A stretch of 15,876 bases of DNA from a virus. Below are positions 1-7,934 of this stretch, one piece after another. Where the stretch lies: positions 1 to 15,876 of the IMG/VR virus record IMGVR_UViG_3300045988_117093. The stretch is one strand, 5' to 3'. The notes beneath the pieces are model-generated. The model saw only the letters and a program-made list of their open reading frames with translations. It ran no database searches and was not told the DNA's origin. Every line of letters begins with the position of its first letter. Positions within the stretch are counted from its first letter, which is position 1. Both the position numbers and the translations under genes were made by a program.

Positions 1-41
1 CGAGATCTACACTCTTTCCCTACACGACGCTCTTCCGATCT
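1..41. other. Illumina TruSeq universal adapter remnant (technical, not biological)
   Basis: CGAGATCTACACTCTTTCCCTACACGACGCTCTTCCGATCT matches the 3' 41 nt of the TruSeq universal adapter. Its exact reverse complement sits at 15836..15876. Confidence 0.97.
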
Positions 42-171
42 TTCGTTATTCCCAATGAGACCACGTCCCCCATTTGATTAAAAAGCACGAAAAAATACTT
101 GACAAATGAACGGGCGTGTGGTATTATAATCATAGAAACAAGGAAGCCGTATAAAATAAGGAGGGATAAAA
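42..171. repeat. Left inverted terminal repeat (ITR), about 130 bp
   Basis: The reverse complement of 15706..15835 aligns base for base. 42..110 (69 bp) is identical. 111..171 has 6 mismatches, at 111, 116, 131, 146, 149 and 165. Homology stops at the start codons. Confidence 0.95.
99..127 (+). promoter_or_regulatory. Sigma-A-type extended -10 promoter inside the left ITR
   Basis: TTGACA (99..104), 17-nt spacer, TGgTATTAT (119..127, continuing as TATTATAAT). It sits about 45 nt upstream of the 172 ATG. Confidence 0.75.
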
Positions 172-357
172 ATGAAGATTACAGAAAGAGAAAGATTAAG
201 AAGACGTGTATTAATTGAATATGCTAAACGTCATTATTTAGGATATGTTTATGGAGATGGTGACGAAAGAACAATACAAGCTAGTCATAAATGGTATAAT
301 TTATATAGGGAATATAAAAGAAGATACAACGACACGCCATTAAACAAAGACTATTAA
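172..357 (+). CDS. Hypothetical small basic protein (61 aa), the only plus-strand gene
   Basis: ATG is preceded by AAGGAGGG at 8-nt spacing, driven by the ITR promoter and followed by a terminator. I recognise no family. Confidence 0.7.
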   Translation: MKITERERLRRRVLIEYAKRHYLGYVYGDGDERTIQASHKWYNLYREYKRRYNDTPLNKDY

Positions 358-362
358 AAAAT

Positions 363-393
363 AAACCTGCCCCATAATTGAGGCAGGTTTTTT
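363..393. terminator. Bidirectional intrinsic terminator between convergent genes
   Basis: Stem AAACCTGCC (363..371) pairs with GGCAGGTTT (382..390), loop of 10 nt. A T-run follows on the plus strand (to 393) and TTTATTTTTT follows on the minus strand. Confidence 0.8.
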
Positions 394-409
394 ATTATTC
401 GCTTTTTAC

Positions 410-1126
410 TTACATATAAAAGTTCATGAGATTAATATTAATATCATAAACCGACCCGCCCAGTGGATTTGATACAATAATATTACCATTAGTATCAATT
501 GTAATATCAGCAGGAACTCGACTATAATTACTTGTTGACTCTTTCGTCAAGCCTGCAACAAAATAGAACGTTTTATTAGAGCTAGGCGCTGGAATGCTAG
601 ATGGTAACTTTCCAACGCTGATATTTGTTCCGACTGTTGTCGGGCTGGACACGTTCAAATGCCCATTAATGCTAATTAAATTCATTTTTGCATTGTAAAC
701 TGCGTTAACTGTTCCTCTCAAGCCATTAACGGGCGTTACTGTATCTTTTAAAGTTCTTTCGATATCAGCGTTAAGATTTGTCACCTCAGACTGTGCACCG
801 TTAGCTGTTATTTTTACGCTTGAAACTTCTTCTTTTAAAGTACCTAAGTCTTTTTTATTCTGTGCATTGTCAATCGTTAAACTCTGTACAGAAGCTTTCA
901 CACCTGCCATATCGTTCTGCAATGCTTCAACACTAGGAGATAAAGCTGTGACTTTAGCTTCTGCGCTTCCTGCCGTCTGATTGGCTGTTGATGCTGTTTC
1001 CTGTACTTTGTGAATTCCAGCATCAATTTTAGACATATCTGAGTTATAATCACCTAAATATGTCGGTTTGTCTGTCCCAATGTACTGGCTTAATTTGTAA
1101 TAATTTGTTTTGTTCGTTGAACTCAT
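410..1126 (-). CDS. Tail fibre / receptor-binding protein (238 aa)
   Basis: Last gene of the structural operon, with RBS AAGGAGGA. It has an N-terminal YYKLSQYIGTDKPTYLGDYNSDMSKID-type fibre N-terminus, a central Ala/Ser/Thr/Gln-rich coiled-coil-like stalk and a C-terminal beta-rich head. The function is a by-eye and positional call. Confidence 0.55.
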   Translation of the reverse strand: MSSTNKTNYYKLSQYIGTDKPTYLGDYNSDMSKIDAGIHKVQETASTANQTAGSAEAKVTALSPSVEALQNDMAGVKASVQSLTIDNAQNKKDLGTLKEEVSSVKITANGAQSEVTNLNADIERTLKDTVTPVNGLRGTVNAVYNAKMNLISINGHLNVSSPTTVGTNISVGKLPSSIPAPSSNKTFYFVAGLTKESTSNYSRVPADITIDTNGNIIVSNPLGGSVYDININLMNFYM

Positions 1127-1146
1127 TTATTCGTCCTCCTTGATTA

Positions 1147-1986
1147 TTATAATTTTAACGCTGTTTTTGCGTTACTATCGAATGTGTAAGCGCTTAACGC
1201 TTTAGCTTCAAACGCTGTCACTGTTAATAATAAAGCGTCAAATTCACTAACTGTAATAGGGTTATTAAAATGTAACTCCGCAAGCTGATTGATAACATCT
1301 TGATAGAACACATATTCGCCTGTAAAAGGACTGTGCATATACAAGTTGCTATCAACGCGAAATCTTTTAGCACCATACAAATCGAATTCTGTGCAACTAA
1401 GTAATAAGTTATCGAATTCTGTACAACTTAAATTTAATGAGTCAAATTCATTGCACGTTAAAGCGTTGTATCTTAAATTATCATACATATCCCCTAACGC
1501 TTGATTAAGGCTAGTATAATAACCCTTGACAGGGTTTAGTACTTGCATATTACTTGGTACATAATTATTGATATAATCATATAATTTTGTAATAGACGTG
1601 TCAATATAATCTCTTGTTTCACTGTTTAACTGATAGATAAGAACGTTTAACTTGTTTATTCGTTCTATTAAATTGTTCTGTACATCATCAATTTTTTTAT
1701 CTAACTCAGTGTCTTTTTTATTCATATCGTTACGGATATTTTTTTCGACTTCTGCGATATGATTATAAATGTCATTATTAAGACCGTCAACGTAGGTTTT
1801 TAACTCTGCCACTTTTTCATCTGTATACTGCTTATACGCGTCTGTGAACCCATTGATTGCGTCAATACATTCATTGACTTTATAGCCTATATAACACAAG
1901 CATTCATAATAACTCTGTTTGTTGCTGTATACGCTAGGGATATCACAACAAAGTAAAGGAACTACAGGTTTTAACTCTTCTGACAT
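1147..1986 (-). CDS. Tail appendage/fibre protein with a coiled-coil and decapeptide repeats (279 aa)
   Basis: The ORF track starts at GTG 1995. I prefer ATG 1986, which lies 9 nt from GGAGG (1996..2000). The position corresponds to phi29 gene 12. There is a long heptad-like region (aa 50-140) and two blocks of 10-aa repeats. Confidence 0.55.
   Translation of the reverse strand: MSEELKPVVPLLCCDIPSVYSNKQSYYECLCYIGYKVNECIDAINGFTDAYKQYTDEKVAELKTYVDGLNNDIYNHIAEVEKNIRNDMNKKDTELDKKIDDVQNNLIERINKLNVLIYQLNSETRDYIDTSITKLYDYINNYVPSNMQVLNPVKGYYTSLNQALGDMYDNLRYNALTCNEFDSLNLSCTEFDNLLLSCTEFDLYGAKRFRVDSNLYMHSPFTGEYVFYQDVINQLAELHFNNPITVSEFDALLLTVTAFEAKALSAYTFDSNAKTALKL
1168..1257 (-). repeat. Second block of three degenerate 10-aa repeats: ITVSEFDALL / LTVTAFEAKA / LSAYTFDSNA
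   Basis: It has the same L-[ST]-x-x-[EA]-F-[DE] register as the block at 1372..1461, without the Cys. Confidence 0.7.
1372..1461 (-). repeat. Three tandem 30-bp (10-aa) repeats: LTCNEFDSLN / LSCTEFDNLL / LSCTEFDLYG
   Basis: The DNA repeat atcgaattctgtRcaact recurs with a 30-bp period, and the protein repeat is seen in translation. Confidence 0.85.
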
Positions 1987-2002
1987 ACAGTTCACCTCCT
2001 TA

Positions 2003-2710
2003 TCACCAAACTTGTAAAAACAAATCTCGGCAAGCTTCTACAAGCTCTCTATTGATATTTTGTATTTGCTCGCGATATTCTTCAATTGCTTCACTTGTTG
2101 ATTTTCCTCTTAATCCTATCTCTTTCGTGTCTCTGTCTCTTTTGCTGTCTTTGTTGTCATTTCCTGTGTGGTCGTTTTTTGCGGTTGTAGTCGTGTTATT
2201 GACAGTTTCGCCTCTGCTCATAGCGCTCGCGTAATCTTGCGTGGCTACGGTAACTTGTGGGTTATCGCTATCAATATTTTGGTAGTTTTGGTTGTTTTTT
2301 ACTTCGCTCGTTCCTGCATCTGTTGCTTTTGTTGTTGTTTTTTCGTTTCCTTTTTCTGCTTCTGTGATTGTTATATTTACATTTGTAAAAGGGTTATCGT
2401 CTTGAATTGCATCATACAATTTTGCATAATATGGTATTAATTCATGCATTTTTGCCATGAAGGCAGTTTTCCACATTCCTAAAGTTTCAAAACCTATATA
2501 ATTATTCCAGTATCTAAGTAAAAAATATGTCTTAAAGGTATACAGGTCTTTTCCGTCCTCTGAATAAAATGGAAAATCAAAGTCAAAAAAATTCCCCTGT
2601 GTTTTGTCGATAATTCTTTGTACGGATAAGTCCATGCTCCATAGTTCTTGAGGTGGTATAAAGCTTTCACAAATTTCTTTAATAGTCGTTGTATATTTAC
2701 TCAATCTCAT
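2003..2710 (-). CDS. Lower collar protein, phi29 gp11-like (235 aa)
   Basis: FDFPFYSEDGK...IPYYAKLY and the C-terminal EYREQIQNINRELVEACRDLFLQVW resemble gp11 (DDFPFYDD...MPYYKQLY...LFMLVY). The gene sits after the portal gene. I prefer ATG 2710 (upstream AAAGGAAAAGAGGGTG, overlapping the portal stop) over the ORF-track ATG 2755, which has no RBS. Confidence 0.75.
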   Translation of the reverse strand: MRLSKYTTTIKEICESFIPPQELWSMDLSVQRIIDKTQGNFFDFDFPFYSEDGKDLYTFKTYFLLRYWNNYIGFETLGMWKTAFMAKMHELIPYYAKLYDAIQDDNPFTNVNITITEAEKGNEKTTTKATDAGTSEVKNNQNYQNIDSDNPQVTVATQDYASAMSRGETVNNTTTTAKNDHTGNDNKDSKRDRDTKEIGLRGKSTSEAIEEYREQIQNINRELVEACRDLFLQVW

Positions 2711-3596
2711 CACCCTCTTTTCCTTTTTGCATATATTTGTCTGGGATATATCCATTTAACATGGTAGGCAATTCACTATTGAAATCAACTGTCACATTTA
2801 GACCCCATAAGTCATTGATAGCATTTGCACATCTTCTTCTTAACGTCAGTCCTACGTTTCGATTTGCTTCTACCTGCCCGTTGTTTCCAGCCGTTTCACC
2901 CGTCACAAGACGTTCACCCTTTTCTACAGGGTTACTTTCATACCCTAAAGATGTTAATACTTGTGACCATAAATCTCTTAATTCCTGTTCGCATTTGTCC
3001 ACAATGTAAGGTGCGCCCAGGTCCAGTGCTTTGATGTCTTTCAAGTTTAATGAATCGGAAACTTTTAGAACAGGTAAATAATTATCATACATTTCCCCCA
3101 ATATTTCAAAGGATATTTTTTCATTATCGGAAGAAGAAAGCGCAACAGGTGTACGCTGTGCATACATATTAATCCCTTTTGTATTCCAAGTATTAGCCAT
3201 AGCATCAGCGTACATTAAAGCTTTGTAGTAGTACGGCATTGTTGAGTAGTTGCTCCATAAAATACAGCTATTTTCTTTTCCATATTCCTCTATATAACCG
3301 TTAGCTGTGTAAGCAATTCTATCTTGTGGTATATTGTAAATATCGGGCAACCCCGATAATGCAACTTTCATAAAAGCGTACCCTGCGATATCATCTTTGA
3401 TGAATACACCAAGTCCATGCCAAAATAGTGTTTGTTCAATGTACATTGGTAGAATTTCTTTAGGCAAATCATTCCATGTGTACCTATTTACAAATATGTC
3501 AAAAATATCGTAAAAGAAGATACTCTTAATTGTTTCAAAATCACTACTTTTCTTTTTATTGACATTTCGTTCAAAAATTCGCAATGGGTTTCTCAT
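2697..3596 (-). CDS. Portal / upper collar connector, phi29 gp10-like (299 aa)
   Basis: YTWNDLPKEILPMYIEQTLFWHGLGVF, NMYAQRTPVAL, APYIVDKCEQELRDLWSQVLTSLGY..EKGERLVTGE and INDLWGLNVTVDF parallel the gp10 blocks (FEWENLPPTINP.., NAQKTPVLI, APYVVDKL..EKKERMVTDE, INELYGLNVKVKF). Confidence 0.9.
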   Translation of the reverse strand: MRNPLRIFERNVNKKKSSDFETIKSIFFYDIFDIFVNRYTWNDLPKEILPMYIEQTLFWHGLGVFIKDDIAGYAFMKVALSGLPDIYNIPQDRIAYTANGYIEEYGKENSCILWSNYSTMPYYYKALMYADAMANTWNTKGINMYAQRTPVALSSSDNEKISFEILGEMYDNYLPVLKVSDSLNLKDIKALDLGAPYIVDKCEQELRDLWSQVLTSLGYESNPVEKGERLVTGETAGNNGQVEANRNVGLTLRRRCANAINDLWGLNVTVDFNSELPTMLNGYIPDKYMQKGKEGDEIE

Positions 3597-3612
3597 TTAT
3601 ACGCACCTCCTT

Positions 3613-5229
3613 TTAATCGTTGGATAGTCCATAATTCCCTATATCGTCAGTATGCCACAAAGTTACACCGTTGTCAAATATATTTCGTAACTTTTTCAAC
3701 TGGTCTAAATCAATGTCCCCCGTAAATCCACAATGAGAAGTTTTCACGTAGTTCCAATAGACTCTTGAGTGTAGATAAGGTGTCACAATCTTATTGATTG
3801 GATATCCAAATTGCTCGAAAAAACTGTCCGCCATTTCCGCAAATTGTCTTTTACAGGACATTTCATAGAAATCAACACCGCACTCCTTGATACCTGTCAA
3901 TACATTTTCTGATAATGCTTTCCCGTGTGTCATCCCAGCATTTCTAGCTCTGTCTGTCTGATTGGCTAACATTCCAAGAGCGTCCCAAAAAGCGTTCGTA
4001 GTTTTCCCGAGTCCATTAAGACCACCTTGCAAGCTTCCTCCTGCTAAACCTGCTATCGCCGTGCCTGTTCCTAGAGTGGCATCGACAGCGGTATGAACTT
4101 GTGATAGAGCGATTGAACTTTTATTTTGAGCAAGCCACGCCCTGTAAGTATCGGAAGAAAAAGAACACATCGGAAAAGAGGAATTAATAAGTGCTTCACT
4201 CATTAGTCCATGCCCTAATTCTTCGCGCGTCTTATAATTTTTCGGTGCTGTCAAGACTTGCGGTAGCGTTGCAATTGTACCGTAGCTGTCAAACTCAAGA
4301 GACTTATCTCGGCTATAACTGTACTCATATCTATAGATATGTGTGTTGCCTTGATTGTTGTCAGCTAAACAAAATAACCACGGATAAGAGTATAACTTTT
4401 TATTTTTCGGTTTATATCCCTCGAATACATTGTCAGATATCTGCATAGATGTAATTTTAGGTTTTATCTCTTTTCCACCTAATGCAAGCGTGCATAATTT
4501 TGGCGACATAAATAATCCTATAACGGCATCTTGTGCACCTTGATTGTTATAATCTTCCAACAAAGTGTTAATTCCTTTTAGTCCATCTTCTGTAGTTACA
4601 TCATAATGTCCGATACTGCCCCAACAATAAACGCCATTTTCAACGCGCCCCTCAAACCAACTTTGCTCCGCTGTTCCTCTTGTTACAAAAGCGCAACACT
4701 CTGTTGGTGTTAAGTCTAATTTTTTGTGACGTGATACAATCGTTTCGCCTGTTTCTAGGTTAACAGGCGTTAGATTTGCTCCTATTTCGTCAGCACTTCT
4801 AGGGATATGATGATACTCTACAAAGCAAGGTTTGATATTTGCATCGTAAAAGTTATTTTGAAAAACGTCTAAGGAAAAGTTAATTCTAGTTGTTTTTTCA
4901 GAGAGCCACTCAATCGAATTAATAAAGCAAAATACCCATTCGTTAGAAATCCCACTATTTTGAAAAGCTAAATAATTGAGATTAAGTGCTTTCATTTCTG
5001 TGAACGGTACGCGGATATCATAACTTCCTACTTTAATCGGGGCAAGGTGTGACAAGTCAACACTATTGATATGTTTACGATATAACTCTAAATGATTTAG
5101 CAAATCTTCTTTTGAATTGTATAATCTAACGTGTTCATACTCGTCAGACCATGGTACCCCACTATACAATCTTAATTTTGTTTCGGGGTCGCGTGGTGCG
5201 ACCCCTCCCTGAACAGGTAAATTTATCAT
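3613..5229 (-). CDS. Tail knob protein, phi29 gp9-like (538 aa)
   Basis: The C-terminus FFEQFGYPINKIVTPYLHSRVYWNYVKTSHCGFTGDIDLDQLKKLRNIFDNGVTLWHTDDIGNY closely parallels the gp9 C-terminus ([53 protein letters not shown]). The N-terminal YLAFQN...WVFCFI block is also gp9-like. Confidence 0.88.
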   Translation of the reverse strand: MINLPVQGGVAPRDPETKLRLYSGVPWSDEYEHVRLYNSKEDLLNHLELYRKHINSVDLSHLAPIKVGSYDIRVPFTEMKALNLNYLAFQNSGISNEWVFCFINSIEWLSEKTTRINFSLDVFQNNFYDANIKPCFVEYHHIPRSADEIGANLTPVNLETGETIVSRHKKLDLTPTECCAFVTRGTAEQSWFEGRVENGVYCWGSIGHYDVTTEDGLKGINTLLEDYNNQGAQDAVIGLFMSPKLCTLALGGKEIKPKITSMQISDNVFEGYKPKNKKLYSYPWLFCLADNNQGNTHIYRYEYSYSRDKSLEFDSYGTIATLPQVLTAPKNYKTREELGHGLMSEALINSSFPMCSFSSDTYRAWLAQNKSSIALSQVHTAVDATLGTGTAIAGLAGGSLQGGLNGLGKTTNAFWDALGMLANQTDRARNAGMTHGKALSENVLTGIKECGVDFYEMSCKRQFAEMADSFFEQFGYPINKIVTPYLHSRVYWNYVKTSHCGFTGDIDLDQLKKLRNIFDNGVTLWHTDDIGNYGLSND

Positions 5230-5248
5230 AGATAACTACCTCCGTTAA

Positions 5249-6520
5249 TTATGACGCTTTTGTGAAACTTGCTGTCCCTGTGATAGTCTCGTCTGGTCTG
5301 TAAATTGCTTTCAGTACGATAGTTCCTGTCTCGTCCGCTCCCGTGTGTAACAAATGTGTTCCCGGTATTACATACGTCTTTGCAGAGGTAGCACCACTTT
5401 CCACCTCAAGAGTAACTAAATTCTGATGATATGTTCCTGTACCAGCTGTAACAGTAACCGCTACTTCTTGTGTCTCACCAGCTGTATAAGTTCCATCTGT
5501 GACACTCAGCGTCGGCGCTTTAACCACTGTATCGGTCGTGAATACACGGATTGGATAAAATGGACTAGCACTGACCATTTCTACTTGTGTATAGAAGTAG
5601 TTCCATGATAAGACATTTGCGAGTCGCTGGTCACTCATTTCTTTAAACTGGTCACGTACGTTGAAGAATCGCACGTCACAGAGAACGCCCTGTATCGCAC
5701 TATTCGCGAATTTGTCTACAATCACGGTCTGAACTGCTACGTCTGCCTTATCCATATGGAACGCATATGCTAAAGCGTCAACACTAATCTGTGCATTAAC
5801 TTCGGGTGTTGTAATCCAAATCAAGTTCGCTGGCATAGCGTGTGACGTTGCTCCTGCTGGATTGTTTTCTGGCAATGGGAAGCCAAACTCTCCAACTGCT
5901 CGTTTTACTTCAATCAATAATTTTTTCGCTGATGCCTCATCCACAATCGCGTCAACGGTTACTGCTGGAAGCACCTCTTTTTCATACCCGACATTAATCA
6001 AATCACGCATAGCGAGATATTCGTCCCAGTTCGCCCCTGTGATAGCGCTTTCCATTTTTGCCATAATCATATCACGGATACCGTACTCGCTTGTAAAAGC
6101 TTTTCTAAGATTGTCATATGTAACCGTCACAGGGTACTGAATTTCAAGATTGACATTATGGAACACGCTCATGATATAAGACTGATATTGCTGGAATGCG
6201 TATTTAAAATCTGCCTGTGAGTCATAAACATGTCCTTTACACATATTCACATAAGTTTCCTCATGTGTCTCACCGTATCGCATCGGGTCTTTTTTGAAAC
6301 GTGCTAACGGGTTTCTCCATGCGATGCTGTCTACCGTCTGCATACCGATACGATTAATTAATGACGGAACAATTTCGTTCCGAACAGGGGCAAAATTCAG
6401 AATGTTATCATAGACAGCTTGTAAATTGTCTGAGACTTCCACAGGCAAGTGGTTCTGAACCTCGAAAGAAAGTTCCTGTTTGACTGCTTTTAAAATGTTT
6501 TTATTTGTTGCGTCTGCCAT
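5249..6520 (-). CDS. Major capsid protein, phi29 gp8-like, with a C-terminal Ig-like domain (423 aa)
   Basis: SLINRIGMQTVDSIAWRNPLARFKKDPMRYGETHEETY parallels gp8 [38 protein letters not shown]. The last ~90 aa are Thr/Val/Gly-rich beta repeats typical of a BIG2-like decoration domain. Confidence 0.9.
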   Translation of the reverse strand: MADATNKNILKAVKQELSFEVQNHLPVEVSDNLQAVYDNILNFAPVRNEIVPSLINRIGMQTVDSIAWRNPLARFKKDPMRYGETHEETYVNMCKGHVYDSQADFKYAFQQYQSYIMSVFHNVNLEIQYPVTVTYDNLRKAFTSEYGIRDMIMAKMESAITGANWDEYLAMRDLINVGYEKEVLPAVTVDAIVDEASAKKLLIEVKRAVGEFGFPLPENNPAGATSHAMPANLIWITTPEVNAQISVDALAYAFHMDKADVAVQTVIVDKFANSAIQGVLCDVRFFNVRDQFKEMSDQRLANVLSWNYFYTQVEMVSASPFYPIRVFTTDTVVKAPTLSVTDGTYTAGETQEVAVTVTAGTGTYHQNLVTLEVESGATSAKTYVIPGTHLLHTGADETGTIVLKAIYRPDETITGTASFTKAS

Positions 6521-6534
6521 TTGTTAAATCCTCC

Positions 6535-6816
6535 TTACTCTGTTTTACCGTTAAAGTCTAAATCTTCCACGGTAATTTCTTCTGTTTCGTCTTTTGACTC
6601 GCCTTTATCATCTGCACGAGTCGTACCCTCTGCCATTTTTTCCTTAAAGCGCTTTTTATACTCGCTCTCTAGCTTTAAATACTTGTCTTTCCATTCGCTG
6701 TCTGTTTCTCCGTCTCTTTCTCCCTCATAATTCTGTAAAACTTCAATCGCGTCACCGTGTTCCTCAACGTCTGCTACAGCGTCAATTAATTCGCTTAATG
6801 CTTCTTTAAAATCCAT
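6535..6816 (-). CDS. Scaffolding protein (gp7-like by position and composition; 93 aa)
   Basis: A small, highly acidic, helical protein directly upstream of the capsid gene, with RBS AAGGAGGTAAATAA. This is a positional inference. Confidence 0.55.
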   Translation of the reverse strand: MDFKEALSELIDAVADVEEHGDAIEVLQNYEGERDGETDSEWKDKYLKLESEYKKRFKEKMAEGTTRADDKGESKDETEEITVEDLDFNGKTE

Positions 6817-6866
6817 TTATTTACCTCCTTTATTTATAGTGTCACCCTTTTACGATATCTATTATA

Positions 6867-7874
6867 TCACCACGGAAAGAAAAAGTAAAGTGGCATTTTT
6901 GTTTTTCGTGTATGTGGGTGTACTGGATATGGCGATAATGTTTGCAAATACGCATACCATTTTAGCGCGTTCTTTTTTCTGTCCTCTTCTTTTTCCACGC
7001 CTGCACGCTCGAAATTTTTTAAAAATACTGACGCTAAATAATCGGGTTCTTTTGTGGACTTTCGAAACTCCTCCCATGATATTGGATATTTTGCTGTTTC
7101 TATCCATTGTCCGCTACTTACAGTTTCTTCATCGAGCCATACACATTGATAGTAACCATCTGTGATATCATACCCGTGTGCATTCGCCCAGTCTGTATAG
7201 ACTGTTGCTGGTGTCCACTGGACTAAACCATAACCACCATTATAATTTCCCTCTTTTAGCGACTGCCATAGCTCTGGGTTAATATTGGACTCTATCTCCA
7301 TATTTCCCAACATTCCAGCTATTGCATTCAAGGTAAAATCTTTAAAGAACATCGTGCTATAGAGTACATAAGCATTATTTTTCATTTCATCGTCTGTCAA
7401 ATAACGGTTTCCGTGAACCCACTCAAGGGGCATTCCAGCACTATCTCCATAACGATATATCTTTGTCCATGCGGATGGTTTTGACACATAATTATTAATA
7501 CTTACTTGGTCGGGTAAGGGATATCGTCCACTGTGTGCACCCATGGTAACTCCTCCATTTCCTAAGCCTGCCCCTTGATAGACCATTTCTGTATGTCCAC
7601 TACGCCACACGATGTCCCCAGCTTGCCACGCTTCATTAATGTTAATTTCTTTAAACCCAGCTTGTAATAGATAGCCCTCTTCTGTCCTTGTGGTGAACCA
7701 TGGGTTCGAGGAAAAGAACCCTGCTTCTGTAAGTGCTTTTGAGATAAAAGAACTGCAATCGTAATAAGTAATACCGTTCACGGTCTGACCTCTTCTGTAT
7801 TGTTGTGAGTATCCAATGTTAGGAGCATTACAGGCATTGACCGCCCACTGGTATGCAACATTGATATTTGGCAT
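6867..7874 (-). CDS. Tail-associated peptidoglycan hydrolase: N-terminal Cys-peptidase (NlpC/P60 or CHAP-like) plus C-terminal phage-tail-lysozyme-like domain (335 aa)
   Basis: A YDCSSFI (Cys) ... GDIVWRSGHTEMVY (His) dyad sits in the N-terminal half. AIAGMLGNMEIESNINPELWQS...GGYGLVQWT in the C-terminal half resembles the tail lysozyme motif seen in the phi29 gp13 N-domain. RBS GGAGG lies 8 nt upstream. Confidence 0.75.
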   Translation of the reverse strand: MPNINVAYQWAVNACNAPNIGYSQQYRRGQTVNGITYYDCSSFISKALTEAGFFSSNPWFTTRTEEGYLLQAGFKEININEAWQAGDIVWRSGHTEMVYQGAGLGNGGVTMGAHSGRYPLPDQVSINNYVSKPSAWTKIYRYGDSAGMPLEWVHGNRYLTDDEMKNNAYVLYSTMFFKDFTLNAIAGMLGNMEIESNINPELWQSLKEGNYNGGYGLVQWTPATVYTDWANAHGYDITDGYYQCVWLDEETVSSGQWIETAKYPISWEEFRKSTKEPDYLASVFLKNFERAGVEKEEDRKKNALKWYAYLQTLSPYPVHPHTRKTKMPLYFFFPW

Positions 7875-7890
7875 TTTACTACCCTCCGTA

Positions 7891-7930
7891 AAAATGTTTC
7901 ACGTGAAACATTTTTTGTTCCACGTGAATA
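7891..7930. promoter_or_regulatory. Palindromic motif locus d: perfect 24-bp palindrome plus a degenerate second CACGTG site
   Basis: AAAATGTTTCACGTGAAACATTTT (7891..7914) and GTTCCACGTGAATA (CACGTG at 7921..7926), with centres 21 bp apart. Both lie in the 60-bp gap between the endolysin stop and the tail hydrolase RBS. Confidence 0.6.
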
Positions 7931-7934
7931 ATCA

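Noticed and set aside
1-171. Reading the terminal inverted repeats (including 1..41) as transposon or IS ends.
   Set aside because: The outer 41 nt are Illumina adapter. The remaining ITR, together with a protein-primed polymerase, a TP-position gene and a full virion gene set, fits a linear phage genome. There is no transposase.
6862-7107. Minus-strand 81-aa, very basic ORF, and similarly the 61-aa ORF at 8195..8380, overlapping lysin genes out of frame.
   Set aside because: No RBS, and each is fully embedded in a gene with clear domain homology. The composition is consistent with an off-frame artefact.
7891-7914. Explaining all the palindromes as ordinary rho-independent terminators.
   Set aside because: Only two of the seven copies are followed by a U-tract on the transcribed strand, and one lies inside a CDS. 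The exact sequence, not just the hairpin potential, is conserved. The terminator role is kept as a partial alternative, not as the full explanation.
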